Source: a virus
Lineage: Duplodnaviria; Caudoviricetes
Virus record (IMG/VR): IMGVR_UViG_3300025445_000021
Location: 1 to 24,490 of that record
Direction: 5' to 3' (one strand)
Length of the DNA stretch: 24,490 nucleotides
The first letter of the stretch is position 1. Every line of letters begins with the position of its first letter. Under the pieces are notes generated by a model that saw only the letters and a list, made by a program, of their open reading frames with translations, made no database searches and was not told the DNA's origin. This document shows positions 23,361-24,490 of this stretch, piece after piece. The translations under genes and the position numbers were made by a program.

Positions 23361-24490
23361 TTAGGTTGTTGAAGTTTTGAGAACACCGATTGCTGATGGT
23401 GCAGGGAATGCAAATGCAACGCGCTCAACAACTTCGATACCTTTTTGATGAGTACCACCCAAACCAGTAGCACCAAAGTACTCTTTATATTCGTTGACTG
23501 TTACATCTTCGCGAACACCCATAACTGTAAATTGTGCAAAGTCGCAATAGAGTGCGGATGCTTTGTTTGCAGCGGATGATGGGAAGAGTGCATCAGGTAC
23601 TACGTGCATAGGACGACCTGTAGGAGTAAAGTAAGAGTTACCCTCGAGAGCAGTCATACCGATTGATGTGATTTCAATAGGACGAACTTGATCATAGATA
23701 GGACGTGAGCCGCCTGTTTCTTTCATCAAGTATCCGAAGACGCTTTGAGGCACTACGAATACGCCATTAGCTCCTACGCCAGAGTTGATACCGAGGCGCA
23801 AGTTCCAAAGGTCAGTCCAGCTGATTTCAGCAAATGTATCTTTTCCGGATGAGTCTGATCCGCCTTGGCGAACTACTGTTGTATTTGCAGTTCCGATGAT
23901 ACCGGTGAAGTTAGCACCTGTGCCATCGCCATTGAAAAACTGCTTGTCTTCTGTTTCAGCAAGAGCGCGACCCAAGCCGTTGATTACATAATCCAAGAAT
24001 GCAGGTGTAGCATCTTGCAATTGCTCTTCGGAGATGATTGCACCAGCTACAATCTTCTTTGCAGTCATCGCTGTGCCTGTGAAGAAGTTTGTTGAGTCTG
24101 TTACAGTCAAGCCAGAACCTTCAGCAACTACTGCGCCTGTGAACGCGCCGCTTGATACGAGGTTCTCGGTCTTGCCACGCATTGGATAAATCTTTGCAAG
24201 TGCTCTTGCATATCCAAACTGATCAGCAAAAGACATGATCTCTTCGACCCAGAATTGAGGAACGGCTGCACCACCTTGAGATGAAGTGCCAGTGTTGAAG
24301 TTAGCACGTGTGATGTACTTGTTATTAGCAGCGCGAGCGATTTCATCTGCTTGACCTTCGAGGCCTTTGTGCTTTGCCAAGATATAGTCAGCAACTACGC
24401 GAGCTTGATCGCGGCGTGCATCGTGATCTGCTTTGATTGATACCAAACCTTTTGCAGGTGCTGGTGTATTAACTGGGTGCAATGTACGCA
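23361..24490 (-). CDS. HK97-family major capsid protein, 5'-truncated by the window
   Basis: GGAAVPQ, VAEG, AKKI.....ISEEQLQDA, AETEDKQFFNGDGTG, DFAQF; the frame is open to the window edge. Confidence 0.93.
   Translation of the reverse strand, partial: RTLHPVNTPAPAKGLVSIKADHDARRDQARVVADYILAKHKGLEGQADEIARAANNKYITRANFNTGTSSQGGAAVPQFWVEEIMSFADQFGYARALAKIYPMRGKTENLVSSGAFTGAVVAEGSGLTVTDSTNFFTGTAMTAKKIVAGAIISEEQLQDATPAFLDYVINGLGRALAETEDKQFFNGDGTGANFTGIIGTANTTVVRQGGSDSSGKDTFAEISWTDLWNLRLGINSGVGANGVFVVPQSVFGYLMKETGGSRPIYDQVRPIEITSIGMTALEGNSYFTPTGRPMHVVPDALFPSSAANKASALYCDFAQFTVMGVREDVTVNEYKEYFGATGLGGTHQKGIEVVERVAFAFPAPSAIGVLKTSTT

Noticed and set aside
485-24095. Many plus-strand ORFs in the track (e.g. 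18478-19446, 16761-17387, 5688-6110)
   Set aside because: All are antisense shadows of well-supported minus-strand genes and show no recognisable motifs.
1-24490. Prophage boundary, att site or host genes
   Set aside because: No integrase or host housekeeping gene is visible, so lifestyle cannot be determined from this window.

Overview
This window is a 24.5-kb fragment of a tailed dsDNA phage (siphovirus-type layout). Essentially all credible genes are on the minus strand and most are translationally coupled. Reading right to left, the late module runs: HK97-type major capsid protein (5'-truncated), small post-capsid protein, head-tail adaptor, neck protein, tail terminator, an embedded GT2 glycosyltransferase, tail tube, tail assembly chaperone pair, tape measure protein and tail-tip genes. 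A ~430-bp control region follows, with divergent promoters and candidate small RNAs. The early/replication module contains small membrane peptides, an HTH protein, a Sak4-like ATPase, a PD-(D/E)XK exonuclease, an HNH nuclease, an AT-hook protein, two DnaA domain IV-like proteins, a BT4734/VirE-type primase-helicase, a probable origin, an SF2 helicase, a DnaA domain I-like protein, VRR-NUC, a Methyltransf_24 enzyme, a DUF3127 SSB-like protein and a 3'-truncated GT7 (B4GALT-like) glycosyltransferase. Gene content points to an FCB-group/Bacteroidota-related host. The best leads are a probable virion glycosylation system, a set of free-standing DnaA-like domains around the origin, a +1/-2 rather than -1 tail chaperone frameshift, and plus-strand small RNAs. 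All family assignments come from motif recognition by eye; no searches were run.
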